A stretch of DNA of 53,615 bases from contig JAFXAN010000126.1 of NCBI GenBank assembly GCA_017517035.1, positions 1-53,615 of the forward strand, written 5' to 3'. How positions within the stretch are numbered: the first letter of the stretch is position 1; each line of letters opens with the position of its first letter. The stretch is from Clostridia bacterium (lineage in GTDB: Bacteria > Bacillota > Clostridia > Oscillospirales > CAG-272). The position numbers and the translations under genes are program-made. The notes beneath the pieces were generated by a model. The model was not told the DNA's origin. It saw only the letters and a program-made list of their open reading frames with translations, and ran no database searches. Positions 9,613 through 20,129 of the stretch are shown here, one piece after another.

Positions 9613-10544
9613 ATAACAATATGACCCACAAAAAACAGCCCCAAAAGATGAAAAAAAGCTATAATCCGTTTATGTTTATCGGAGAGGCATTTAAAAACCT
9701 TTGGCGTGACAGAGTTATGTCAACAGCTTCAATTCTCGTTCTCGCAAGCTGCCTTGTACTTCTCGGCTGCTTCTCGCTTTTGGTGGTAAATATCAATATC
9801 AATATGAATAGACTCGTTTCTCTTAATGAGATAGTCGTTTTTGTTGATTATGATCTGCCCCCGGAGCAGGTGGAGATAATCGGACAGAGAATAAGAGTGC
9901 TTGACAATGTGGAAACCATTGAGTTTATTTCAAAGGACTCGGGTCTTGACTCAATGAAAGAGGACTATGCCGGCTTTGAGGATGTTTTTGACAGCATGAA
10001 GGAATCGGGAGATAACCCGCTTTCCGATAGCTTCAGAATCAAATATAAGGATAATTCCAAGGTTACAACACTTGATTATAATCTTCGTCAGATCGAGGGC
10101 GTGAGAAAAGTGAATAACCGCCTTGATCTTGCCACATCCCTTGAGAATTTCAAAAACGGCATTTCGGTCATTTTCATCGGATTTCTCGCAGTACTCTTTA
10201 TTGTCAGCGTGTTTATCATCATAAATACCATCAAGCTGGCGGTAAATTCCCATATGGAAGAGATCAGAGTTATGAAATATATCGGTGCATCCGATTGGTT
10301 CATCGTTGTGCCTTATATCATCGAGGGCACGATAATCGGAATTTTCTCAAGCGTCATTGCATATCTTGCCCAGTGGTATGTTTACTTTAGCCTTGAAAAA
10401 ATGGTCGCAACAGATATCAAAATGGTAGAGCTTATGTCATTTGGTGACATTGGAGGCATTGTTGCCCTTTCATTCCTCGCAGTAGGTATTATTACGGGAG
10501 TTGTGGGCAGTTGCATCTCACTACATAAAAATTTGCAGGCATAA
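9609..10544 (+). CDS. ftsX: Cell division permease FtsX
   Basis: Four TM layout; IINTIKL, EIRVMKYIGAS..FI..PY.IEG. Confidence 0.93.
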   Translation: MNNNMTHKKQPQKMKKSYNPFMFIGEAFKNLWRDRVMSTASILVLASCLVLLGCFSLLVVNININMNRLVSLNEIVVFVDYDLPPEQVEIIGQRIRVLDNVETIEFISKDSGLDSMKEDYAGFEDVFDSMKESGDNPLSDSFRIKYKDNSKVTTLDYNLRQIEGVRKVNNRLDLATSLENFKNGISVIFIGFLAVLFIVSVFIIINTIKLAVNSHMEEIRVMKYIGASDWFIVVPYIIEGTIIGIFSSVIAYLAQWYVYFSLEKMVATDIKMVELMSFGDIGGIVALSFLAVGIITGVVGSCISLHKNLQA

Positions 10545-10567
10545 AAAAGAAAGGAGCTTAAACGCAG

Positions 10568-11764
10568 ATGAAAAAGGCAAAAATATTTAATAAGAAAATA
10601 TTGTGCTTTGCACTTGCAGCGATGTTTTGCATCATTGGCGCGGGCGAATTTCTTATAAGAGCAAGTATAACTCGTGCGGCAACAGATGCAAATGTTACCG
10701 CAATGGAGAACAAGATAAAGGATATCCAGACAAAGAAAAAAGACGTTCTTGCCAAGATGAATGCGGCAAAAAACAGCAAAGCTGAGGCAACACAGTATAA
10801 ATCCTATATCGACGAGCAGGTGAATCTCACAGAGGAAGAGATCACAACTATAAACGCTCTTATAGCAGAGCTTGATAACAAGATTGCAGAAAAGGAAGCC
10901 GAGATAAAGGTAGCCTCGGATAATATCGAAACACAGTATAATAATTTCAAGCAGATAATGCGCCTTTCATATGAGGAGGGCAATGCAAGCTATGTTGAGA
11001 TGGTGCTTGGCTCCGAGGATTTCTACGATTTTCTCGTGAGAATTGAGCAAGTAACCTCACTTATGGAATATAGCACAAAGCTCCTTGATAGCTTCAAGGC
11101 TGATAAAGCTGCTCTTGAAAGTGCAAAAGAATCTCTTCAGGCTTCAAAAACCACGCAGGTAATTTACCAGGGAGAGCTTCAGTCAAGAAGAGAGGAGCTT
11201 GAAGCCTTGCAGGAGGAAAATGCGAATTATCTCAGCGCACTTTCAAAGGATATAAGCTCATATCAGGCAACATATGATAGCTATGCAAAGGCAGAGGATG
11301 AGCTTGATAAGCAGCTTGAAAAATATCTTCGTGAGCTGCAGGCAAAGGAGAACAGCCAGTATGTTGGCGGTGAATTTAATTGGCCGCTTCCGCTGAATTG
11401 GAAGAGCATAAGCTCCGCATATGGCTATAGAACTCTCAACGGAAAGAGAGAGTTCCATCGCGGAATTGATATACCCGCATCAAAGAATACAAATATTTAT
11501 GCTTCAAACAGCGGTAAGGTCGTAACCGCAACATTCCATTATAGCTATGGAAACTATGTTGTTATAGACCACGGTGGAGGAAAATCTACACTCTATGCCC
11601 ATGCGAATAAGCTCAACTGTAAGGTTGGAGACTATGTAAAGCAGGGAGATGTTATCGCATTTGTTGGAACAACGGGACATTCATATGGAAATCACCTGCA
11701 TTTTGAGGTGAGAATCAACGGTACTGCAAAGAATCCTTTGGATTATGTTGTCAGACCAAAATAA
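10568..11764 (+). CDS. Coiled-coil M23 peptidase (EnvC/CwlO-like)
   Basis: Signal sequence, long coiled coil, HRGID, LYAH and HLHFE M23 motifs; follows ftsEX. Confidence 0.92.
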   Translation: MKKAKIFNKKILCFALAAMFCIIGAGEFLIRASITRAATDANVTAMENKIKDIQTKKKDVLAKMNAAKNSKAEATQYKSYIDEQVNLTEEEITTINALIAELDNKIAEKEAEIKVASDNIETQYNNFKQIMRLSYEEGNASYVEMVLGSEDFYDFLVRIEQVTSLMEYSTKLLDSFKADKAALESAKESLQASKTTQVIYQGELQSRREELEALQEENANYLSALSKDISSYQATYDSYAKAEDELDKQLEKYLRELQAKENSQYVGGEFNWPLPLNWKSISSAYGYRTLNGKREFHRGIDIPASKNTNIYASNSGKVVTATFHYSYGNYVVIDHGGGKSTLYAHANKLNCKVGDYVKQGDVIAFVGTTGHSYGNHLHFEVRINGTAKNPLDYVVRPK

Positions 11765-11798
11765 AACTAAAAAGCATCAGGCTTTTTCGGAGGTCAAT

Positions 11799-13079
11799 TT
11801 GAAGAGTAGAATATCAATTATAACGCTATTGCTGTGCATAATAGTAACAGCAGTTGCGGTTTTCATGTCAACATATACGGTTTTGACAGATAATTACAGA
11901 GAAGAGCTTGCAAAGGCTTATGCCGAGGATACGGTCGTTGGGGAAGAGATTCCCGAGCTTCCTCAGCAGGAACAAGCACAAAAAAGTATATATGAGGAAA
12001 AGCTTTCGACAGTTCTCGGTTATTTTGAAGGGCGTGCATATTACGATCTGGATACAGAAGCCGTGATCGAAGGAATGCTTGACGGCGTTGCATACGGAAC
12101 AGGCGACAGATATGCGGAATACTATACCGCAGAGGAATATGCAACATTTACTGCGGAGAGTAACGGCGAGATGCAGGGCATCGGAGTCAATATAATTTTC
12201 AACGCAGATTATAATGCAATAGAAATTATCAATGTTATGCCCGATTCTCCGGCACTTGAGGCGGGACTTCTTCCCGGAGACCTGATACTTTATGTAGGTC
12301 TTGGCGAAAACGCTGAAAGCGTTGCCGAGATGGGCTATACAATGGCGGTTTCCAAGCTTCAGGGACTTGCCGGCACAAAATGCGAATTTACTGCTGTCAG
12401 AAATGAGAATTTTGAAGAGCCTATTGATTTTTCGATAGACAGAAGAAAGGTTACTGTGCAAACTGTCACTCATCATCTGTATGAGGGAGATAAGAGCATC
12501 GGTATTATCGAAATAAGCCAGTTTGATAAGGTAACTCCCGAGCAGTTTTTCGTTGCTCTTGACGATCTGCAGGGAAAAGGCGCAACTAAGATCATTTTTG
12601 ATGTTAGAAACAACCCCGGCGGAGACCTCAATGCTATTTGTGAGATCCTTGATTTTCTCGTTCCCGAAGGTCCGATAATCAGAATGAAGGATAAGGCGGG
12701 AAATGAGAGCGTTATACAGTCGGAGGGCAGTGAATACGGCGCACCGATGGCGGTTCTTTGTAACGGAAGCTCCGCAAGCGCAGCAGAGCTTTTCACAAGT
12801 GCGCTGAAGGACTATAAAAAGGCTGTGATAGTCGGAACGACAACCTTCGGAAAGGGAAGCGTTCAGACAATATATAGCCTCCCTGACGGCAGCGGAATAA
12901 AGATGACGACAAAAATGTATTTTCCACCGTTCTCAGAAGGGTATGACGGAGTTGGAATAACTCCCGATATCGAGGTCGAGATGGCTGAAGAATTTAAAAA
13001 TGTAAGTCTTTATAAGATTTCCGATGCTGATGATACGCAGCTTCAGAAAGCTATAGAATATTTAAACGAAAACTATTAA
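11799..13079 (+). CDS. S41A C-terminal processing peptidase (CtpA/CtpB-like) with PDZ domain
   Basis: GIGV, DVRNNPGG, SASAAE, TFGKGSVQ, GITPD; RBS ggagg before TTG 11799. Confidence 0.93.
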   Translation: MKSRISIITLLLCIIVTAVAVFMSTYTVLTDNYREELAKAYAEDTVVGEEIPELPQQEQAQKSIYEEKLSTVLGYFEGRAYYDLDTEAVIEGMLDGVAYGTGDRYAEYYTAEEYATFTAESNGEMQGIGVNIIFNADYNAIEIINVMPDSPALEAGLLPGDLILYVGLGENAESVAEMGYTMAVSKLQGLAGTKCEFTAVRNENFEEPIDFSIDRRKVTVQTVTHHLYEGDKSIGIIEISQFDKVTPEQFFVALDDLQGKGATKIIFDVRNNPGGDLNAICEILDFLVPEGPIIRMKDKAGNESVIQSEGSEYGAPMAVLCNGSSASAAELFTSALKDYKKAVIVGTTTFGKGSVQTIYSLPDGSGIKMTTKMYFPPFSEGYDGVGITPDIEVEMAEEFKNVSLYKISDADDTQLQKAIEYLNENY

Positions 13080-13093
13080 ACATCAAAGGAGAT

Positions 13094-13588
13094 ATGGTAA
13101 TGTCAAAGGCAAAGCAGATGCTCTATACCAAAGAAGGTCTTAAGGAGCTTACAGATGAGCTCAGCTATCTGAAAAACACAAAGAGGAAGGAAAATCTTGA
13201 GGCGATCGCAGTTGCAAAGTCCTTTGGTGACCTTTCCGAGAATGCAGAATATGATGCGGCAAGAAATGAGCAGGCTCAGATCGAAGCAAAGATAAAAGAG
13301 CTTGAAGAAATGATAGCAAATGCGGTCGTTGTTGATGAGGATGCCATCGACGCAGGCGTTGTAAGCATGGGATCGCATGTAAAGGTTATAATTGAGTCAA
13401 CAGGCGCAGAAAAGGAATATAGCATTGTTGCGCCTAACCAGGTCGCTCCTATGCAGGGACTTATTTCCGATCAGTCCCCTGTAGGTAAGGCACTTATCGG
13501 CGCAAGAGCAGGTGATGAGGTCTCCTTTGAGGTACCCAGCGGAGCTGTTCGCATGAAGGTTGTTGAAGTTTCAAGATCAAAGAGCTGA
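13094..13588 (+). CDS. greA: Transcription elongation factor GreA
   Basis: GDLSENAEYDAA, ISDQSPVGKALIG. Confidence 0.97.
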   Translation: MVMSKAKQMLYTKEGLKELTDELSYLKNTKRKENLEAIAVAKSFGDLSENAEYDAARNEQAQIEAKIKELEEMIANAVVVDEDAIDAGVVSMGSHVKVIIESTGAEKEYSIVAPNQVAPMQGLISDQSPVGKALIGARAGDEVSFEVPSGAVRMKVVEVSRSKS

Positions 13589-13622
13589 TAAAAGATAAAA
13601 ATTCCGAAAGGACACTATAAAA

Positions 13623-15137
13623 ATGGCAGAAGAAAAGAATGTACAGAATACAGAAGAAGTTGAAGAAATAAGCGCAGAGGAGCTTAGCGACATATTGAGA
13701 GTACGCCGCGAAAAGCTTGCTGATCTTCAGGCGAAGGGCGAAAATCCCTTTGAAAAGGTAAAATTCGATTTTGATACTTATACAAGCGAGATCCGTGAGA
13801 GATTCGAGGAGCTTGAGAATAAGGATGTTAAGATCGCTGGCAGACTTATGAGCCGCCGAGATATGGGTAAGGCAAACTTCATTGATGTTGCAGATGAAAA
13901 GGGAAGACTTCAGTGCTATGTCCGCATCGACGAGATCGGTGAGGAGGCTTTTGAAGGCTTTAAAAAGTGGGATATCGGTGATATCGTCGGTATCAGCGGC
14001 TTTGTTTTCAGAACAAGACGCGGCGAGATCTCCGTTCATGTTAAGGAGATCGAGCTTCTTGCAAAATCTCTGCTTCCACTTCCCGAAAAATTCCACGGCC
14101 TTAAGGACCAGGAAACAAGATACAGACAGAGATATGTTGATCTTATCGTTAATCCCGATGTTAAGGATACATTTGTAAAGCGCTCAATGATCCTTAAGGA
14201 GATAAGAAATTATCTCGATTCCAAGGGCTTCCTTGAGGTTGATACACCTATTCTCGTTCCACTTGAGATCGGTGCATCCGCAAGACCCTTCGTTACACAT
14301 CATAATACTCTCGATATGGATATGTATCTCCGTATCGAAACAGAGCTTTATCTTAAGAGACTTATCGTCGGAGGTATGCACAGAGTTTATGAGGTGGGAA
14401 GAATCTTTAGAAATGAAGGAATGGACCCAAAGCATAATCCCGAGTTTACTTCCATCGAGCTTTATCAGGCATTTACCGACTATAAGGGCATGATGGATCT
14501 TGTTGAAGAGCTTAATACCATGCTTGCAGAGAAGATCTGCGGCTCAAAGGTCATCACATATCAGGGTAAGGAGATCGACATGGGTCATTGGGAAAGAATG
14601 ACCATGGTCGAGGCTGTTAAGAAGTATAGCGGTTGTGATTATAATGATTGGGCAACCGACGAGGATGCAAGAGCTTGTGCAAAGAAGATGCATGTTGAGG
14701 TTCCCGAAAACGCAACAAAGGGAACTGTTCTTGTTGAGTTTTTTGACGCTTTTGTTGAGGAAAACCTCATTCAGCCTACATTTATCTATGATTATCCTGT
14801 TGAAAATTCTCCTCTTGCGAAGAGAAAAGCAGATGATCCTGCATTTACCGAGCGTTTTGAATATTTTATCAACGCAACAGAGTTCGGAAATGCGTTCAGC
14901 GAGCTGAATGATCCTATCGACCAGAAGGAAAGATTTGAAAAGCAGGTTGCTGCAAAGAAGAAGGAAGAGCCAAACTGTAATGCAGAGGTTGATTACGATT
15001 ATGTAACTGCCCTTGAATACGGTATGCCTCCCACAGGCGGTCTGGGCTTCGGTATCGACCGTCTCGTAATGCTTCTTACAGACAGTGCATCCATCCGTGA
15101 TGTGCTTCTGTTCCCCACAATGAAGCCGTTAGACTAA
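13623..15137 (+). CDS. lysS: Lysine--tRNA ligase (class II)
   Basis: RYRQRYVDL, FRNEGMD..HNPEF, GMPPTGGLGFGIDRL, LLFPTMKP. Confidence 0.98.
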   Translation: MAEEKNVQNTEEVEEISAEELSDILRVRREKLADLQAKGENPFEKVKFDFDTYTSEIRERFEELENKDVKIAGRLMSRRDMGKANFIDVADEKGRLQCYVRIDEIGEEAFEGFKKWDIGDIVGISGFVFRTRRGEISVHVKEIELLAKSLLPLPEKFHGLKDQETRYRQRYVDLIVNPDVKDTFVKRSMILKEIRNYLDSKGFLEVDTPILVPLEIGASARPFVTHHNTLDMDMYLRIETELYLKRLIVGGMHRVYEVGRIFRNEGMDPKHNPEFTSIELYQAFTDYKGMMDLVEELNTMLAEKICGSKVITYQGKEIDMGHWERMTMVEAVKKYSGCDYNDWATDEDARACAKKMHVEVPENATKGTVLVEFFDAFVEENLIQPTFIYDYPVENSPLAKRKADDPAFTERFEYFINATEFGNAFSELNDPIDQKERFEKQVAAKKKEEPNCNAEVDYDYVTALEYGMPPTGGLGFGIDRLVMLLTDSASIRDVLLFPTMKPLD

Positions 15138-15192
15138 TAAAACCCTTGAAAATAAAGGATTTTCGGACTTTGAAAAACGAAAAAACACTCAA

Positions 15193-15231
15193 TTTACCAG
15201 AGTTTTACCACTGATTTTTAATTTTTTACCA
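15193..15231 (+). repeat. Three tttacca direct repeats, candidate integrase arm-type sites
   Basis: tttacca at 15193, 15204 and 15225, just after the lysS stop codon. Confidence 0.5.
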
Positions 15232-15234
15232 ATG

Positions 15235-15270
15235 AAAAGTACTGCCATTACCCAACGGCAGTACTTTTTT
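15235..15270 (+). terminator. Intrinsic terminator after lysS
   Basis: aaaagtactgcc-N10-ggcagtactttt followed by tt. Confidence 0.85.
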
Positions 15271-15391
15271 ATTGAATTATTTACAATTGAGCCTAAATGT
15301 TAAGATGATATTGTTATTCCTTATTTTTTCTCTTCTTCTTTCATACTTATCTCGAATAGAATAGTAGCGAAATTCTCTAACCCTCGGAGAG

Positions 15392-15439
15392 CCCTATGTG
15401 TTAACACCCTCCGTAAGTGGGGGTGTTGACACAATAGGG
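15392..15439. other. Candidate oriT inverted repeat
   Basis: ccctatgtgttaacaccc ... gggtgttgacacaataggg, 80 bp upstream of a MobV-like gene. Confidence 0.45.
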
Positions 15440-15519
15440 ATACGTCTCCCCTTCTTCTCTTCTCCTTTTCTCCTCCGCTTCTATTCTTCTTCAAAAAATT
15501 GTGAAAGGAAAGTGATTAT

Positions 15520-16707
15520 ATGATCCAAATCAGTGGTACAGTGACGGTTGGAAATGGGAGTGAATTTCACAACCATGACCACAAGTACAGAAGCACCTTG
15601 AAACACGTTATAAACCCCGAAAACGATGTTATAGAGCTAATCCCATACAAAGACTACAAGACGCATATAAACGAAATTATGCGGCCTTATATAGAGGAAT
15701 ATAACGAGAGACAAGAGAAGAAATACAAGGCTGCTTGGGAGAGATTTAATGCAGGCAAAATCAAAAACAAACCCAAGAAAAAAGATTATAAACTAATGGG
15801 ATTTGACTACTACAACGACCACAAGAATGACATAATGAAAATTCCGAGAAACGGCAAAACAGAGGTCATTCCAATATTTCGTTCATTCATCATCGGCATC
15901 GGCGATCAAGACGATAAAAAGAAAATACCGCAGGAAGTTGCGGTGAGGATTTTTCAAAATACTTTAGAGCAATTCAAAAAGGATTTTCCCAATTTCCATT
16001 TGCTCGGAGCGACCTGTCACGCGGGTGAGAGAGGCTATTGGCATTTTCATTTAGATGTAAAGCCGTTATACGAAAAGGAAAACTCAAAAGGCCTAAAAGT
16101 TGGTGTGGGACTTGATAAAACTCTTATCAAAATGGGTTATCATAGTGAGCATAGTATCATAAATGGTCGGGATAAAGTCCCGCTGCTGTTTAACGCTATG
16201 AGAAATCAAATCTACCGAGAGCTTGAGTTGTCCCTCGCTGCAGAAGGCATCAGAATGCAATACGGAGTTTCAGAACGGAAAGACCCGGGCAAGGACAGTG
16301 GCAAAAATCAACGCCTTGAGGATTGGCAAAAAACGAGAGATGCAGTTCGTGAACTACAACATAAAAAGAACACAGCCCTCGATATCTTGGAACGAGATAA
16401 AATCTCACCTGATGATCTAAAAGCTGCCCTTACCGCTGCGATCGACATCACAGACAAAATCGAAGAAATCGAAAACAGTCCCCGAAAACGCATCGACAAA
16501 AACAAAGTTGTTGTTGAGTTTCATCTCCTTGACCAACTCCGCAGTTTTGTGGAAAAACTTGTGGAATTGATAGCCGTTTTTCTCCGAGACAGAGACGAAT
16601 ACAAAAGAAAATACGAGGAACTGAAAAGAGAGAAAGAAAAGCTCAAGGATAATGAAAATATTGAACATAAAAAAACAGACATAACCGATAAATGTGTATC
16701 TCGCTGA
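15520..16707 (+). CDS. Divergent Mob/Pre (MobV-like) plasmid recombination protein / relaxase
   Basis: N-terminal HN motif; IEEYNERQ; FPNFHLLGATCHAGERGYWHFHL resembles the HxDE..HxH motif; C-terminal coiled coil. Confidence 0.65.
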   Translation: MIQISGTVTVGNGSEFHNHDHKYRSTLKHVINPENDVIELIPYKDYKTHINEIMRPYIEEYNERQEKKYKAAWERFNAGKIKNKPKKKDYKLMGFDYYNDHKNDIMKIPRNGKTEVIPIFRSFIIGIGDQDDKKKIPQEVAVRIFQNTLEQFKKDFPNFHLLGATCHAGERGYWHFHLDVKPLYEKENSKGLKVGVGLDKTLIKMGYHSEHSIINGRDKVPLLFNAMRNQIYRELELSLAAEGIRMQYGVSERKDPGKDSGKNQRLEDWQKTRDAVRELQHKKNTALDILERDKISPDDLKAALTAAIDITDKIEEIENSPRKRIDKNKVVVEFHLLDQLRSFVEKLVELIAVFLRDRDEYKRKYEELKREKEKLKDNENIEHKKTDITDKCVSR

Positions 16708-16729
16708 ACCCTATAAACTCGCCCGCCAC

Positions 16730-16765
16730 AAAAAAGCACAAGTCCGTAAAACCAGACTTGTGCAT
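16730..16765 (-). terminator. Terminator between the convergent mob and GH26 genes
   Basis: gcacaagtc ... gacttgtgc stem, with an A-run on its left side. Confidence 0.65.
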
Positions 16766-16810
16766 AACTGAGACTTGGATTTTTAAAATTTTTGTTAAAG
16801 GGGATATAAA

Positions 16811-17848
16811 TTAAATCATTTTTGCGACATCCTCAAGTCCAAGGATTCCGTTTGCATTCATGAAGATGTTTCCTTTTGTCATCTCGTTGAGTGTAAGTGG
16901 AGATGTCCATGTGAGCATATATGTTGCGGTATATCCATCAGAAGAGAGTTTGCGGACAAGGGCAAGCAGATCCTCACCGCTGAAGATATCCGGTTGTTTT
17001 GTTCCTTCCTCAGGATTTGCTTTAATAGCTCCTCTGGGACCCCATTCAGCAAATGCCAGTGGTTTCCCGGTTGAAGCAAGGTCTTTATAGGTACTGTTTT
17101 TTTCAATTTCATAATTTCCACTGCTGTACCAATCCATTCCAACAAAATCGCACATATTTCCGGGATATCCGTAAAGAGCCCTTTTCATACCTTTATTATC
17201 GTCTGCAACGATATTTGGACTATACTCCCAAAGAAGATTATCAAGGTTTCTTTCGTAATTGAAATAGTCATAGATATATTTCCATGTGGCAATAAAGGTT
17301 TCTTCATTTATTGATCTGTGATACTGTGTTTTTTCATCCCATTGAACCATACAAAACCAAAACCAACATCCGTTTGCTTCGTGTAATGGTCTCCAAATTA
17401 CGGGAACCTTGTTCTTTTTCAACTTTTCAAGAAAATCTGCGATTGCAGAAAGTTCCATTTTGAAATATTTATTAAGCTCGGTTCCATCGGTTAGCATTTC
17501 CAACCACGTTTCGTTACCGCCGATAATTCCTCTGTACCCATCAACATCAGGATTTTTGTTTTTTGGATTTGCTAAATGAGCACTACAGGTAACAAGTCCC
17601 CCCTTTTCGGCATAATCGGTAATTTCTGAAACGACCTGTTCGATACCTTCTTCACCAAGTTTCGCAAGGTTTGATTTTCTGATATCAAACCCGAGAATTC
17701 CCGGATATTTACCGGTATTATTTTTGAATCTTTCGAGTGTTTTACTGACCATCGAAGGGGAATTGTTCATTTCTTCACCAAAAATGAGAAGATTTTTATC
17801 AGCATATACTTTTTTGAAAAGTTCAATAACTTGCTGTTTGGTGTACAT
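16811..17848 (-). CDS. GH26 glycoside hydrolase (beta-mannanase-like), no signal peptide
   Basis: TGKYPGILGFD, WRPLHEANG.WFW (acid/base Glu), DFVGMDWY, AFAEWG (nucleophile Glu). Confidence 0.88.
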   Translation of the reverse strand: MYTKQQVIELFKKVYADKNLLIFGEEMNNSPSMVSKTLERFKNNTGKYPGILGFDIRKSNLAKLGEEGIEQVVSEITDYAEKGGLVTCSAHLANPKNKNPDVDGYRGIIGGNETWLEMLTDGTELNKYFKMELSAIADFLEKLKKNKVPVIWRPLHEANGCWFWFCMVQWDEKTQYHRSINEETFIATWKYIYDYFNYERNLDNLLWEYSPNIVADDNKGMKRALYGYPGNMCDFVGMDWYSSGNYEIEKNSTYKDLASTGKPLAFAEWGPRGAIKANPEEGTKQPDIFSGEDLLALVRKLSSDGYTATYMLTWTSPLTLNEMTKGNIFMNANGILGLEDVAKMI

Positions 17849-17881
17849 GGTATTTTCTCCTTGGGAATATTATTGTTAAAA

Positions 17882-19822
17882 TTATTTTAAATCTTCAAAT
17901 AAAGCTTTTACTTCTGCTTGACCGAGTGTTCTTGGATCAGCCATAAATTCTGCAGATTTGCCGAGACTGGGTATAGAAATATTGGCTGTCCAAGTTAGCA
18001 AATATGCAAATTTATAATTTTTGCCGGATCGTTTCATTTCGTCGAATATTGTTAGAATAGATTCGCAAGAAAACAGGTCTTCTTGCTTTTCACCTTCTTC
18101 ATCGGCTTGAAGGTTGCCGCTTGGACCGAATTCTGTCAGACTTACGATCATGCCGAGCGATGTAAGATCTCTGTATGTGGTAATATCTTCAAGAGCTGCA
18201 TATATATCAGCAGTACTTGTGTACCAGTCAAATCCTACAAGATCAACATAATCTTTTCCCGGAAAGCCATATAGAGGAGCTACCATAGTAGAACTTTCAT
18301 TTCCGATGTTCGGGCTGAATTCCCAAAGAAGATTATCCAGTCCGCGTTCTAATGTGAAATAATTGTATATATATTTCCAAAGGTTTGAGAAGGATTCTTC
18401 ACTTATTTTAGTCTTGCCCTGAACCATGCAAAACCAGAACCAGTTTGCATTTGCCTCGTGAAGAGGTCTCCAAATGATGGGTACACCATTATTTTTTAAT
18501 TCTTCAAAGAAATCAGCAATTTCTGAAAGTTCTTTTTTTAATGAAGTATTATAATTTGTTCCCTCTGTGACAAGTTGTGCCCAGGCATCGTCTCCACCCA
18601 AAATTCCTCTGTATGATTCAACGGTTGGGTCACCGCCGTTTTCTGCTGGGTTTGAAAAATGAGCACTGGCGGTTACAAGTCCACCGCCTTCGGCAAATCT
18701 TGTGAGATCAGCGATGACCTTTGCACAACCTTCTTCACCGAGCTTATGTAAATTGGAAAGCCTTACATCAAGTCCGATAATTCCGGGATACTGACCTGAT
18801 TTTTCATAATATTCAGTGAGCATTTTTGAAACATTGTTTGCACCGTTATTTATTTCTGTTCCAACAATGATCTCATCGGAGTTATATACTTTTTCAAGGA
18901 CTGTCATAACATCTTCCTTTGAGTATATTTCTCCGATTTCATATTTTGACTGGGTATTATGAGAAGAAGTTATATCAAGCACACGGTTTTTTACATCATT
19001 TAAAAGTGATTCAACATAATTGAGTCCCCATTCTGCGTCATAATATGAAGGAATAATTTCAATGTTTCCGTCGACCACAGAAAATGACGAACTTTTTTTA
19101 TCATCTCCCGAGTCACATATTCTGATAACGTGTGTGTCTTTGGGCAAGGAAGCATTAGGATTGGTGAATATCTGTAGCTTAACATCGGTTATACGGAAAA
19201 TTATATTTCCAAGCTTGTTGGCTACATCTTCAAATATTGGTGAGGTGTTTACAATTACAAAGTTAGAAATGGAAGTTCCTTCTATTGTAAGTTTATCTAT
19301 AAGTTTTGTTTCGGGTGAATAAATGTATCCTTTTTCATCACCCGGAATACATAATTTTCCGGATTTGTTTACCATTTTTGTTGTCCAAAGCTTAACAGCG
19401 GCCTCAAGTGCTTCGGTAGAGCCTGCACAGATGATTATTTTATCTCCAACACGCCGTATAAGATATTCGCTATAAGAAGTTATATCTTCCATAGCTTTTT
19501 TTGTTTCGTTTCTTTTGGTATTTCCAATTAAAATTTCCTTTTTCTTTGCACCGCTATAATCGGTACCGAGCTTCATGTCTGTTTCGAATTTGTCGTTAAG
19601 TGTTTTGCGAAGGTATACAGCAACTGCTTTTTCTTCGTCAGAAGCTTTATCACTTCTTACAATCGAGAATTCCGAAAGATCGGAAATAACATTGAGAGAA
19701 GCTGTGTCGTTCTTGTTTTGCGAGTCTTTTTTGCTTGTCCCTTCTTCTTTTTCACAAGAAACAAGAAGAATTACGGAAAATGCAATGATTAAGGTTAAAA
19801 TAACGTATAAAATTTTCTTCAT
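17882..19822 (-). CDS. Lipoprotein with N-terminal accessory domains and C-terminal GH26 domain
   Basis: Lipobox LVSC; EILIGNTKR module; WRPLHEANANWFW; DLVGFDWY; LTEFG. Confidence 0.87.
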   Translation of the reverse strand: MKKILYVILTLIIAFSVILLVSCEKEEGTSKKDSQNKNDTASLNVISDLSEFSIVRSDKASDEEKAVAVYLRKTLNDKFETDMKLGTDYSGAKKKEILIGNTKRNETKKAMEDITSYSEYLIRRVGDKIIICAGSTEALEAAVKLWTTKMVNKSGKLCIPGDEKGYIYSPETKLIDKLTIEGTSISNFVIVNTSPIFEDVANKLGNIIFRITDVKLQIFTNPNASLPKDTHVIRICDSGDDKKSSSFSVVDGNIEIIPSYYDAEWGLNYVESLLNDVKNRVLDITSSHNTQSKYEIGEIYSKEDVMTVLEKVYNSDEIIVGTEINNGANNVSKMLTEYYEKSGQYPGIIGLDVRLSNLHKLGEEGCAKVIADLTRFAEGGGLVTASAHFSNPAENGGDPTVESYRGILGGDDAWAQLVTEGTNYNTSLKKELSEIADFFEELKNNGVPIIWRPLHEANANWFWFCMVQGKTKISEESFSNLWKYIYNYFTLERGLDNLLWEFSPNIGNESSTMVAPLYGFPGKDYVDLVGFDWYTSTADIYAALEDITTYRDLTSLGMIVSLTEFGPSGNLQADEEGEKQEDLFSCESILTIFDEMKRSGKNYKFAYLLTWTANISIPSLGKSAEFMADPRTLGQAEVKALFEDLK

Positions 19823-19860
19823 TTGTGGTCCCCCCATAGAATAATGCACAAGATATTGTA

Positions 19861-19889
19861 ATTATACACGATGGAAATCTAAAAGTCAA
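19861..19889 (-). promoter_or_regulatory. Sigma-A promoter for the GH26 pair
   Basis: TTGACT-17 bp-TATAAT on the minus strand. Confidence 0.7.
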
Positions 19890-20084
19890 GCAAAGAGCAG
19901 GCGTGGTGATTTTTGCGATTTTGTCAAAATGAACAAATGTTACAAAGTTTTTTTGGTAATAGGGTATATTTTTCGAAAAACATATTATTGTTAAAAAAAT
20001 CATTTTTTGTATATCTTACACATCAAAAAAATAGTTACTCTGTTTGAAACTATCAAAAATTGAGAAAAGTGAAGTTTTTTGTAT

Positions 20085-20127
20085 AAAATAAAACGCACAA
20101 AAACGATTGTTTCGTTTTCGTGCGTTT
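20085..20127 (-). terminator. Terminator after araC-1
   Basis: aaacgcac..aaacga / tcgttt..gtgcgttt stem. Confidence 0.55.
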
Positions 20128-20129
20128 AT

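Noticed and set aside
13080-13622. T-box or lysine riboswitch for lysS
   Set aside because: The intergenic gaps are only 14-34 bp, leaving no room.
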